Below, one piece after another: positions 1 through 10,538 of a stretch of 64,000 nt of DNA. Every line of letters starts with the position of its first letter. Positions within the stretch are counted from its first letter, which is position 1. This DNA is from an uncultured Gemmatimonadales bacterium (lineage in GTDB: Bacteria > Gemmatimonadota > Gemmatimonadetes > Gemmatimonadales > GWC2-71-9). A program made the translations under genes and the position numbers. The notes under the pieces were generated by a model. The model made no database searches and had not been told where the DNA came from. It was given only the letters and a program-made list of their open reading frames with translations. The stretch lies in assembly GCA_963730185.1 (NCBI GenBank), contig CAVSQW010000008.1:512001-576000 (forward strand), given 5' to 3'.

Positions 1-471
1 GGGTGCCTGGCGACGAGGCAGGACCAGCGACGGGTCCAGCTCGGCCAGGTAGGCGAATCCCGGGACGAACCCGAGCAGGACGACCCGGTACTCGCGGGCC
101 AGATGCCGGGCGACCACCTCGTCGGTCGAGATCCCCACCCTCGCGGCCACCTCGCCCAGGTCGGGGCCGTCGTACCGGACCGGGAGCTCCACCAGCCGAC
201 CGACCGAACCGGCCTCCGTCTCGAGCGGTCCGGCCAGGAGCGAGCGAAGCCCGTCGCGCAGCGTCGCCGCATCGATGACCAGCGGGTCGTAGTGGACGGT
301 GAGGGTGGTGTAGGCGGGGACGGTCTCGATCACCCCGGGCAGACGGGCCGTCCCGATCGCCCGGCCGAGGGCCACCACCCTGGCCTCGGTGGCCGGGTCG
401 ACCGACGGCCCGAGCACCAGAGAGAAGGCGGCGTCGCCGAGGGAGAGAAGACGGGCGGGGGGAGGGGTCAC
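1..471 (-). CDS. pxpB: 5-oxoprolinase subunit B (KipI/AHS1 family), 3' end runs off the window
   Basis: Manual translation from a GTG overlapping the pxpA stop (GTGA): MTPPPARLLSLGDAAF...VPAYTTLTVHYDP...LPVRYDGPDL...LLGFVPGFAYL; motifs typical of PxpB. Confidence 0.9.
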   Translation of the reverse strand, partial: MTPPPARLLSLGDAAFSLVLGPSVDPATEARVVALGRAIGTARLPGVIETVPAYTTLTVHYDPLVIDAATLRDGLRSLLAGPLETEAGSVGRLVELPVRYDGPDLGEVAARVGISTDEVVARHLAREYRVVLLGFVPGFAYLAELDPSLVLPRRQAP

Positions 472-1229
472 CGGGCGAAGGGCGCGACGTCGACGCCTTC
501 CGCCTCCAGCCGCTCGCGAAGGGCGCGGATGATCCCGACCGCGTGCGGTCCGTCGCCGTGCACGCAAAGCGAATCCGGTCGCACGATCCGGCGGGTCCCG
601 TCGACCGCGACCACGTAGTGCTCCTTGACCATTCGGACCGCGCGCTCGACGACGGTGGGGATGTCGTCGAGGACCGAGCCGGGCTGGCTCCGGGGCAGCA
701 AATGCCCGTCGGCCTGGTAGGCCCGGTCGACGAACGCCTCCCGGGCCACCTCGAGACCGAGGGTCGCGGCTTCGTCGAGCATCACGGTCCCGTCGAGACC
801 GAGGAGAACCAGCGAGGGGTCGAACGCCCGGATCCCGCGGGCCACCGCCCGGGCGACCTCGGCGTCACGGGCCGCCCGGTTGTAGAGCGCGCCGTGGGGC
901 TTCACGTATCTGAGGGTGGCACCCTGGCCCACGCAGAAGGCCGCAAGCGCCCCGATCTGGTAGATCACGTACGCCTCGACCTCGGCCGGTGTCGCGGCGA
1001 GGTCTCGTCGACCGAAGCCCAACAGGTCGGGATACGAGGGATGGGCGCCGATGGTCACCCCGCGGGCGACGGCCAGTCCGACCGTTTCCCGCATCACTAC
1101 CGGATCGCCGGCGTGAAACCCGCAGGCGACGTTGGCGGAGCTGACCAGACCGAGCATCTCGGGGTCGGAATCGAGCCGGTACCGGCCGAAGCCCTCACCC
1201 AAGTCCGCGTTGAGGTCGATGCTGGTCAC
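468..1229 (-). CDS. pxpA: 5-oxoprolinase subunit A (LamB/YcsF family)
   Basis: IDLNADLGEGFG, SANVACGFHAGDP, GAHPSYPD, YVKPHGALYN, LCVHGD motifs. Confidence 0.95.
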   Translation of the reverse strand: MTSIDLNADLGEGFGRYRLDSDPEMLGLVSSANVACGFHAGDPVVMRETVGLAVARGVTIGAHPSYPDLLGFGRRDLAATPAEVEAYVIYQIGALAAFCVGQGATLRYVKPHGALYNRAARDAEVARAVARGIRAFDPSLVLLGLDGTVMLDEAATLGLEVAREAFVDRAYQADGHLLPRSQPGSVLDDIPTVVERAVRMVKEHYVVAVDGTRRIVRPDSLCVHGDGPHAVGIIRALRERLEAEGVDVAPFAR

Positions 1230-1912
1230 GTCGTGTCAGGGGTCGCGCGCGGTGCCGGTTTGAGGATCCGAAATGCGAAGCTCTGCTCCACCCACTGCCG
1301 CACTCGGTGCGAGGCGTGAATGGCCGGGCGGAAGAGCATGCTCTTGAGCGCCTCCCGCACCGATTGCGAAAAGGCCGGGTCGGTGCTCCGGATGATCCGG
1401 ATCGTCGTGGTGTCCACCCGGCCGGTGGTGTCGACCACGTAGTGCACGAAAGTACTGCCCTCGATGCTCTTCTCCAGCATCCCCGGCGGGTAGACCGGCG
1501 CGGCGCTGCTGGGGTCGCGCTGGACGACCGAGTCCACTTCGATTTCGCTCAACGCCACTTCGGCGTCGGCCGGTTCGCCCGTGGGCTCGTTCTGGACCGC
1601 CGTGTCGCCCAGCTGTCCCTTGGTCACCGGAGCCACGGGGTCCGGGGTCGGGTCGGGGACCTCGTCCACCGCCCCACCGTTGCCCGACACGGCCGACCAG
1701 TCGATGCCGCGATGCTGGCTCTCCCGGGCCGGCTCGTCGACCGGAGGCAGCAGGAAGACCACCAACTGGTCGATCGGATCCTGATCGGAGGCGTGGTCGC
1801 GAGCGGGTAGGGCCACCGGCAATACGACAGCCGCGTGGACGGCGAAGCTGATCAACGCCGCCAACGGCAACCGGGCCGGAGCCCCGTGCTCCAGACTGAA
1901 ACGACGCGCCAC
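1226..1912 (-). CDS. Energy transducer TonB family protein
   Basis: N-terminal TM (SFAVHAAVV), Pro/acidic linker, C-terminal PVYP...IEG...VVDTTGRV...F.PA TonB_C pattern; stop overlaps the pxpA start. Confidence 0.8.
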   Translation of the reverse strand: MARRFSLEHGAPARLPLAALISFAVHAAVVLPVALPARDHASDQDPIDQLVVFLLPPVDEPARESQHRGIDWSAVSGNGGAVDEVPDPTPDPVAPVTKGQLGDTAVQNEPTGEPADAEVALSEIEVDSVVQRDPSSAAPVYPPGMLEKSIEGSTFVHYVVDTTGRVDTTTIRIIRSTDPAFSQSVREALKSMLFRPAIHASHRVRQWVEQSFAFRILKPAPRATPDTT

Positions 1913-2013
1913 GTTGGACCCTCGATTTCAACAGTAGATCATCCGTCCCGACGAGAGCAAGAGGGGCGCGGTTTCGGGGGCGGCCCCGGCTTGAATCGGT
2001 CGATCTCAAGGCA

Positions 2014-2054
2014 ATATATTTTTATTTGACAAATAAAAGTATATATCGTAGGTT
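2014..2054 (+). promoter_or_regulatory. Sigma-70 promoter (TTGACA-17 nt-TAGGTT) overlapped by a 31-bp palindromic operator, probably for MarR autoregulation
   Basis: TTGACA 2026-2031 and TAGGTT 2049-2054; inverted repeat 2014-2044 centred on 2029 with 15-bp arms and one mismatch; AT-rich island in a GC-rich background. Confidence 0.75.
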
Positions 2055-2062
2055 CTTCCGCC

Positions 2063-2545
2063 GTGGCCCTCGATCCAGTCGGCCGCATGCTCGCGGCCTA
2101 TCCCGTCATTCACCAGGCTTGCCGTCAGCGCGATCTCCCCGCGCCGGAGGGCGGCGCTCGCGTCAGCGCGCACCAGGCCTCGGTGCTGGCTCAGTTGGAC
2201 GCGGATCGGGGGATCACCCTCACCGAGCTCGCCGGGCGAGTGGGCACCGCGCTGCCGACCATGTCGCTCCTGGTGGACCGGCTGGCGCGGGCCGGGTTGC
2301 TGGAGCGGGGTCGCGATCCCGAGGACGGGCGCCGGGTGCTGATCCGATTGACCGCGCCCGGCGAGCGGGTGGTGTCGTTGCGCTCGCTGCTCGATCCGGA
2401 GCGGGTCAGGGCGCTCCTCGCCAGCTTGACTCCCGCGGAACGAGTTCGGAGCGTCGACGGCCTCGCCACCCTGGCGCGTGCCGCCCGCCGCTTGTCGTCC
2501 ACCGCCCCCGAACGTCAACCGTCATCCGAACGAGGTCGGGAATGA
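2063..2545 (+). CDS. MarR family transcriptional regulator
   Basis: ITLTELAGRVG...TMSLLVDRLARAGLLER..DPEDGRRVLIRLTAPG winged-helix pattern. Confidence 0.9.
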   Translation: MALDPVGRMLAAYPVIHQACRQRDLPAPEGGARVSAHQASVLAQLDADRGITLTELAGRVGTALPTMSLLVDRLARAGLLERGRDPEDGRRVLIRLTAPGERVVSLRSLLDPERVRALLASLTPAERVRSVDGLATLARAARRLSSTAPERQPSSERGRE

Positions 2546-3120
2546 ACCGGAAGGGTCGTCGTCGCCGGGCCCGATGGCGCCGGGCGCTGACCGCCGGGCC
2601 GCCGCTGGTGGGCCTGGCCCTCTACCTGATCGGAACCCGTCTGCCGCCGGTCTGCCGGCTCGAGGCCAGCCGCCGGGTGCCGGCGTCGCCCGAGTCCGTG
2701 TGGGCGGTGCTGACCGACCTCGACGACATGCCGGCCTGGCGCGCCGATCTTCGGTCGATTGAGCGCCTCCCCGGGCGGGCCGACGCCGTGCGCTGGCTCG
2801 AGGTCGGCCGCCGCGGACGCACCGCGTGGGAGCGAATCGCGGCCGAGCCGCCGACCCGGCTGGTGGTGCGCGAACTGGCCGGGGTGTCGGGGGTGGAGCG
2901 GACCTACCGGATCCGGGCGATCGACGGCGGGGCCACCTTGCTGCTGTCCGAGGAGCGACCGGTGCGCAATCCGTTCCAACGGGTGGCCATCGCGGTGCTT
3001 GGCCCGGATCGATCGGGGGTCGACCGGTTCGTCGCCGATCTCGCCGCCCGGCTCCTCGGGCGACGCCAGCAGGTGGTGGCCGGGGCCGGCGGTCAGGGCG
3101 GTGAGCCGGGTGGCCGTTGA
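2542..3120 (+). CDS. SRPBCC/polyketide cyclase-like family protein with an N-terminal TM
   Basis: ATG overlapping the marR stop; VPASPESVWAVLTDLDDMPAW motif. Confidence 0.75.
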   Translation: MNRKGRRRRARWRRALTAGPPLVGLALYLIGTRLPPVCRLEASRRVPASPESVWAVLTDLDDMPAWRADLRSIERLPGRADAVRWLEVGRRGRTAWERIAAEPPTRLVVRELAGVSGVERTYRIRAIDGGATLLLSEERPVRNPFQRVAIAVLGPDRSGVDRFVADLAARLLGRRQQVVAGAGGQGGEPGGR

Positions 3121-3182
3121 GCGGTCGTGGCCGGCCCGGAACCGGGGTAGTTTGGAGGAACCCTCTTGACCGGAGCGACCCG

Positions 3183-4343
3183 ATGCGTGGAACCATCGTC
3201 CTGATCGGCGCCGGGTTGGGGGCGCTGCTCGCCCTTGGCTGTCGTCCGACCGGCCCCAGTCGGACCACCGGCGCCTTCGTCACGACGTTGGGCGACGACA
3301 CCGTGGCGTTCGAGCGATACACCCGGAGCGACAACCGGCTCGAGGGTGAGCTGGTGACCACCTCGCCGCGGACCCGGGTGAGTCGCTACGTGGTGGACTT
3401 CGACGAGCAGGGCTCGGTTTCCCGCTACGAGCTCACCGTGTCTGATCCCGGTGGCGGCCCTCCGGCGCTCTCGGCCACCGCGGACGTCGGCTCGGGGGCC
3501 ATCACCTCGGTGCTTCACCGGGGCGACAAGGTGGATACGGTCACGCTCACCGCGGGGCAGGACGTGTTTCCCTCAGCGCTTTACGCCTGGGGGCTGAGCG
3601 AGCTCGCCACCGAGGCGCTGGCCCGGTCGGATCGGGACAGCCTGGCCTTGGAGCAGTACAGCGCCGGCGCCCAACGGACCAACGAGGTGGACGTCGTCCG
3701 CCGGGGTGACTCGGTCTCGATGTCGTTTTTCGGAAGCCCGATGATGCTGGCGGTCGACTCGTCGGGGCGGGTGCTCGGTGCCGACGGGGCCCACACCACC
3801 GTCAAGGTGAGGGTGGCGCGGGTGGACAGCCTGAACCTGGACGCCCTGGTGGCCGCCTTCGCCGGGCGCGATCAGGCGGGGCATTCGCTCGGGACGCTCT
3901 CGCCCCGCGACACCGTGCGGGCCGCGGTGGGCCGAGCCGAATTGCTGGTCGACTACGGCCGGCCGTCGGCGCGGGGCCGGCGGATCGTCGGCGGGATCGT
4001 GCCGTACGATCAGGTCTGGCGGACAGGCGCCAACGCCGCCACCCAGCTGTCCACCAGCCGCCCCCTGACCTTCGGCTCGCTGGCGGTCCCGGCCGGGACC
4101 TACACCCTCTGGACCCGGCCGACGGCCGACGGCGTGTCGCTGATCATCAATCGGCAGACGGGGCAGTGGGGTACCGAGTACAATCCCGCCCGGGACCTGG
4201 GCCGGGTCTCGATGCGGGTCGACTCGCTGGCGACCCCGGTGGAGCGGTTCACGATCTCGATCGAGGCGACCGAGGGTGGGGCGGGGGAGCTGCGGCTGGA
4301 TTGGGATCGGACCCGTTGGGTGGCGCCCTTCAGGGCTCGTTAG
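3183..4343 (+). CDS. DUF2911 domain-containing lipoprotein
   Basis: Lipobox LALGC; C-terminal SPRDT...VDYGRPS.RGR.I.GG.VPY..VWRTGAN.AT and QWGT.Y motifs of DUF2911. Confidence 0.8.
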   Translation: MRGTIVLIGAGLGALLALGCRPTGPSRTTGAFVTTLGDDTVAFERYTRSDNRLEGELVTTSPRTRVSRYVVDFDEQGSVSRYELTVSDPGGGPPALSATADVGSGAITSVLHRGDKVDTVTLTAGQDVFPSALYAWGLSELATEALARSDRDSLALEQYSAGAQRTNEVDVVRRGDSVSMSFFGSPMMLAVDSSGRVLGADGAHTTVKVRVARVDSLNLDALVAAFAGRDQAGHSLGTLSPRDTVRAAVGRAELLVDYGRPSARGRRIVGGIVPYDQVWRTGANAATQLSTSRPLTFGSLAVPAGTYTLWTRPTADGVSLIINRQTGQWGTEYNPARDLGRVSMRVDSLATPVERFTISIEATEGGAGELRLDWDRTRWVAPFRAR

Positions 4344-4659
4344 GCGGCGCGTGGTCCGGACCGGCGGCGGCGCAGCGCTCAAGGGCCCGGGCCAGGTAGA
4401 TCTCCACCAGGTCGAAGTGCAGCGTCCGGGTACGCTGGATCCAGCGGGGCGAGCAGCCGACCGCCACGGCCGCTTCGACGAGGGCCTCCTCGCTCCGGGC
4501 CAACAGGTGGGCGGTGCGCCGGCCCCTTGACTTGAAGAGGTTCGCGTGCACCGCGATCCCGCCCTGGCGGGCCCAACCGCGCGCCTCCTTGACCTCGCGG
4601 GTGCCGAAGGATCGCCAGCCGAGCGGGGAGTGGGGGGTGTCGGCGGGCTCACTCGTCAT
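4330..4659 (-). CDS. DUF4031-like small protein
   Basis: AHLLARSEEALVEAAVAVGCSPRWIQ...HFDL resembles the DUF4031 HL.ad..eL...a..lG....w.q...HYD pattern; overlaps the arfB 3' end. Confidence 0.55.
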   Translation of the reverse strand: MTSEPADTPHSPLGWRSFGTREVKEARGWARQGGIAVHANLFKSRGRRTAHLLARSEEALVEAAVAVGCSPRWIQRTRTLHFDLVEIYLARALERCAAAGPDHAPPNEP

Positions 4660-5083
4660 CGGGTCGGCCTTGTCGCCCCCGCTTGATGGTCGCGCGATGC
4701 CGCTTGGCGGCCAGCCGCTTTTCCCGCTCGGCGTGCGGGATCCGGGTCCGCTTCCGCGCCTTGCGAACCCGGAGCGCCCGGGCGACCAGCTCGAGCAGAC
4801 GGCGAGTCGCCGCCTCCCGGTTTTGCAGCTGGCTCCGCGTCGGCGCCGCGACGACCCGAATCCAGCCGTCGCCGTCGATCCGGGTGGCGAGCCGCTCGAG
4901 GATGCGCGCCCGTTGGGTCTCGTTGGGCGCCTGACTGGTCCGGACGTTCCAGCGGACCTCGATTCGGGTGGACGAGGTGTTCACGTGCTGGCCGCCGGGG
5001 CCGCCCGCGCGGGAGGCCCGGATCACGAGCTCGCTCGCGGGGATCTCGAGCGGCCCGGCGCGGAGGTCGTCGCTTGGGGACAT
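4649..5083 (-). CDS. arfB: Alternative ribosome rescue peptidyl-tRNA hydrolase ArfB
   Basis: SRAGGPGGQHVNT, RSQLQNRE and a basic C-terminal tail. Confidence 0.93.
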   Translation of the reverse strand: MSPSDDLRAGPLEIPASELVIRASRAGGPGGQHVNTSSTRIEVRWNVRTSQAPNETQRARILERLATRIDGDGWIRVVAAPTRSQLQNREAATRRLLELVARALRVRKARKRTRIPHAEREKRLAAKRHRATIKRGRQGRPDDE

Positions 5084-5145
5084 GCCAGGAAAACTAATGC
5101 TCGGATTCGGCTTCCGTTGAGTTCGCTCGGCGTTACGTTTCTCGG

Positions 5146-5934
5146 ATGACGGGGCTCGAGGATCTCGAAGGCTGGTTCCAGGCGGCCGGCCCGGTGTTGC
5201 TCGGGTACTCGGGCGGCATCGATTCGTCGTTGCTCGGCGTGGTAGGGACCCGGGTGCTGGGCGACGGATTCCTCGCGGTGATCGGCCGGAGTGCCGCGTA
5301 TCCGATGGCGCAGTGGCGGACCGCCCGCGCCATCGCCGACGCCCACGACATCCGAGTCGTCGAAGTCGACACCGCGGAGCTCGACGATCCCGCTTACCGC
5401 GCCAATCCCACCAACCGCTGCTACTTCTGCAAGCGCGAGCTCTGGGACGTGCTGCGCGCGGTGGCCCGCGATCGTGGCTTCGAGACCGTGATCGACGGCA
5501 CCCACGCCGACGACTTGACCGGCCATCGGCCCGGCGCGCGGGCTGGGGCGGAGCGCGGGGTCCGTTCGCCGCTGGTCGAGCTGGGATGGAGCAAGGCGAC
5601 GGTCCGCGCGGCCGCCGAGCGGCTCGGGATCGAGGGCTGGGACGGGCCGTCGTCGCCCTGCCTGGCCAGCCGGGTTCGCTACGGCCTCGAGGTGACGCCC
5701 GAACGGCTGGGGCAGGTGGAGCGGGCGGAGGCGATGCTCCGGAGGCTGGGCGTGGAGGGCGACCTTCGGGTTCGCCACCTGGGGCCCGTGGCCCGGATCG
5801 AAGCGCTCCCGGCGATGATCCCCCTGATCGATTCGCAATGGGACCGGATCGAGGCCTCGCTGCTCGCCCTCGGGTTTGCGCGAGCGGAGTGCGATCCGGC
5901 CGGGTACCGACGGGGGAGCCTGCTGACGTCATGA
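5146..5934 (+). CDS. larE: LarE-family ATP-dependent sulfur transferase
   Basis: PP-loop SGGIDS, NRCYFCK, DGT.ADD...RPG, SPCLASR, RVRH. Confidence 0.88.
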   Translation: MTGLEDLEGWFQAAGPVLLGYSGGIDSSLLGVVGTRVLGDGFLAVIGRSAAYPMAQWRTARAIADAHDIRVVEVDTAELDDPAYRANPTNRCYFCKRELWDVLRAVARDRGFETVIDGTHADDLTGHRPGARAGAERGVRSPLVELGWSKATVRAAAERLGIEGWDGPSSPCLASRVRYGLEVTPERLGQVERAEAMLRRLGVEGDLRVRHLGPVARIEALPAMIPLIDSQWDRIEASLLALGFARAECDPAGYRRGSLLTS

Positions 5935-6482
5935 GACTGTTCATTGCCATCCCGCTGCCCAGCGCGGCCGAGACGACCGCGGCGGGACTCCTGACTGACC
6001 TGAAGGCCCAGCAGTGGCCGGTGCGCTGGGTGCGTAATCGTGGACTCCATCTCACCCTCAAATTCTTCGGTGAGCTGACCAGCGACCGGGTCGACGCGAT
6101 CGGGGAAATGCTGGCGTTCGCCGCCGGCGACGTTCGGGCGATCGGCCTGTCGTTCAGCGCGACCGGCGTCTTTCCCGATTGGGAGCGGCCGAGAGTGCTA
6201 CTCCTCGGGGTGGATCCGGCCCCTGAGCTCGAGCTCCTCCAGGACCGGATCGAGCGGGGCGGCGAGCGGCTCGGCTTCGCTCCCGAAGGCCGGCCCTTTC
6301 GGCCTCACCTGACCCTGGGCCGGGTTCGCGAGGGCCATCGGCTCCCCTCGGGGTGGCGGACCACGTTCGAGCGGCGCGACTTGGGCGACCCGTTTCTGGT
6401 CGACCGGGTGGTGCTCTACGAGAGCAGCCTCTCGCCCGCGGGTCCGACCTACACCGCGCGGCTCGAGGTGCCGCTCGGGTGA
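5931..6482 (+). CDS. thpR: RNA 2',3'-cyclic phosphodiesterase (2H family)
   Basis: MRLFIAI start, two HLTL motifs, LYESSL; ATGA overlap with larE. Confidence 0.92.
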   Translation: MRLFIAIPLPSAAETTAAGLLTDLKAQQWPVRWVRNRGLHLTLKFFGELTSDRVDAIGEMLAFAAGDVRAIGLSFSATGVFPDWERPRVLLLGVDPAPELELLQDRIERGGERLGFAPEGRPFRPHLTLGRVREGHRLPSGWRTTFERRDLGDPFLVDRVVLYESSLSPAGPTYTARLEVPLG

Positions 6483-7122
6483 TGCGAGGCTGCCTGAGTC
6501 TCCCGTTCCGGCTTCTGTCGCTGGCGCTGACCCTGGCGCTGCTCTATGTCGCCTGGCTCTACCGGGACGACATCCGTCGCTGGGTCCATCGTGCCACGGC
6601 CGAGCCCGGGGGCGCCCCGCCCGCCCGCGGGATCGACGACGCTGCGCTGGCTCAGCGGGCCCGAGCCCGGATCGACTCGGTCCGGACCGGCCGGGCCGAT
6701 TCCGTTCTCGTCGCTCCCGCCGAGGTGGGCGCGCTTCTGGCCCGGGAGGTCGACCAGCGGGCGCGGGGCGCGGTCGACGGCGTCTCGGTCGAATTCGGCG
6801 ACGGCGATGCCACGGTGCGGGCCACGCTCGACGCCAGTCGCCTCCCGAAGGACGCCCTCGGCCCGTTGTCGGAGTGGGTGACCGGGCGCCAACCGTTCGA
6901 GGCCGGCGGCGAGCTTGGGCTTCGCCGGGTTGGCCTGGGCGAGTGGCGGGTGGAGTCGCTCCGGGTTCGGGGCGTCCCCCTCCCCAAGGCGCTCGCCATC
7001 CGGCTGGTCGGCCTCCTGGTGGCGGGCGACGGCACCAGCGTTACCTTCGCATTACCGGACTGGGTGACCGGACTCAGGGTCACCCCGGCCGGGGCGATTC
7101 TTTACGGCCGGAGGGCGGGTCG

Positions 7123-7126
<4 letters not shown>
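6482..7126 (+). CDS. Membrane-anchored hypothetical protein (possible LmeA/DUF2993-like beta domain)
   Basis: N-terminal TM, then a beta-rich domain ending LP..VTGLRVTPAGAILYG; coupled to both neighbours. Confidence 0.6.
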
Positions 7127-8474
<1,348 letters not shown>

Positions 8475-8478
<4 letters not shown>

Positions 8479-8940
8479 GTCCGGAATCTCGCGATTGGGA
8501 CAAAGAGCTCGCGGAGATCGACAAGATCATCGCGAAGAGCCCGGCACCGGCGCCCGCGCCGACCTCCGGCGGCGGCGCGGCGCCGGCTCCGGCTCCGGCC
8601 AAAGGCCGCGGCGGGCCGCCCCCTGCCGGCCGGGCCGCTCGGGAAGAAGGCCGCCCTGGCCACCTGGACCCGAGTCTTGCTGGGCGCGCTGCTGGGCGCG
8701 GCCATGACCCAGTGGCCCTACGTTCACGCCTGCGGGACGGCGCTCTTCCTCTATCTCGGCGCCGCGGGCGTGGTGGTGATGGCCGGGATCTGGAGCGCGG
8801 TGTCCAGCTGGCGACGGCGGATGGGCCAGGCCCACGTCGTTTCGCTCCTCGTGGCGCTGTGGGGCGGCATGCTGGTCGCGGCGACCGTGTTGCCGCGGAT
8901 CGGCTACGCGGCGCGCAGTGCCACCTGGTGGTGTCCCTGA
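8475..8940 (+). CDS. Hypothetical membrane protein (frameshift near 8600-8650)
   Basis: GTG overlapping the upstream stop; RDWDKELAEIDKII, a Pro/Ala linker, then 3 TM segments in another frame. Confidence 0.6.
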
Positions 8941-8964
8941 CCTGTCTCTTTCTCCGGTCGCCTC

Positions 8965-10457
8965 ATGCCTCGAGCTCAGAACTTCAAGAACTACGTCGGC
9001 GGCAAGTGGGTCTCGCCGTCGACCCGCACCTACTTCGACAACCGGAACCCGGCCAACACCCGGGATCTGATCGGGCGCTTCCCCGATTCGGGCCCGGCCG
9101 ATATCGAGGCCGCGGTGGCGGCCGCCAAGGAGGGCTTCGCACGGTGGTCCCGGACGCCGGCGCCGGCCCGGGGCGACATTCTCCGGCGGGTGGGTGATCT
9201 GCTGGTGGAGCAGAAGGAGGCGATCGCCAACGGCATGACCCGGGAGATGGGGAAGGTGCTGGCCGAGACCCGGGGCGACGTCCAGGAGGGGATCGACACC
9301 GCGTATACGCCGCCGCCGAGGGGCGCCGGCTCTTCGGTCACACGGTGCCGTCCGAGTTGCGGGCCAAGTGGGCGATGAGCTTCCGCCGGCCGATCGGCGT
9401 GGCGGGCTGATCACGCCGTTCAATTTCCCGCTCGCGATCCCGACCTGGAAGATGTTCCCGGCGCTCGCCTGCGGGAATTCGGTGATTCTCAAGCCCTCCG
9501 AGGACGTTCCCCACACGTCCCACCTCCTGACCGAGATCCTGATCGAGGCGGGGATGCCGGCCGGCGTGGTACAACTGGTGCACGGTCGCGGGGCCAGCGC
9601 CGGGCAGGCCTTGGTCGAGCATCCCGACGTCGCGGTCGTCTCGTTCACCGGCTCGACCCGGACCGGCTCGACCATCGGTGAGATCTGCGGCCGGATGCAC
9701 AAGCGGCTCTCGCTGGAGATGGGTGGTAAGAACGCGATGATCGTGATGGACGACGCCGACCTCGACCTGGCGCTCGACGGCGTGCTCTGGGGGGCGTTCG
9801 GGACCACGGGGCAACGTTGTACGGCCACCAGCCGTCTCATTCTCCATCGGAAGGTGCACGACCGGTTCCTCAACCGCCTGGTCGATGCCGCCGAGAGGCT
9901 GGTGCTGGGCGATGGCCGGAAAAAGGGCACCCAGGTCGGTCCCTTGATTCACGAGGCCGCGCGTCAGAAGGTGGAGCACTACGTGGCGCTCGGGCAGGAG
10001 GAGGGCGCACCCTGCTGACCGGCGGCAAGCGGGCCACCCGTGGGCGGTTCGAGCATGGCTGGTTCTACCGGCCGACGGTGTTCGCGGGGGTCAAGCCGCG
10101 CCACCGGATCGCGCGGGAAGAGATTTTCGGGCCGGTGCTGAGCGTGTTGCGGGTCGGCTCGTTCGAGGAGGCGGTCAGGTCAACAACGCCGTGCCCTACG
10201 GGCTCTCGAGCTCGCTCTACACCCGGAACGTGAACCTGGCGTTCCAGGCTCTCGAGCGGCTCGACAACGGGATCACCTACGTCAACGCCCCCACGATCGG
10301 GGCGGAGGCCCACCTCCCGTTCGGCGGCGTGAAGCAAACCGGGAACGGCCACCGGGAAGGTGGCTGGGAAGTGTATGAGTTCTACTCCGAGACCAAGGTC
10401 GGGTACGTGGATTATTCGGGGACGTTGCAGCGGGCGCAGATCGACAACTACGACTGA
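8965..10457 (+). CDS. Aldehyde dehydrogenase family protein, split by frameshifts
   Basis: ITPFNFP, FTGST, LEMGGKN, GQRCTA, EEIFGPV, PFGGVK across consecutive ORFs. Confidence 0.9.
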
Positions 10458-10538
10458 GTGGCGGGCCGTTGCGTTCGCCGGGGGCCGAGGGGTAGGTTGA
10501 GGCGTCGATTAGGCCAATCGTTCGAGGGAAGCTGACGC

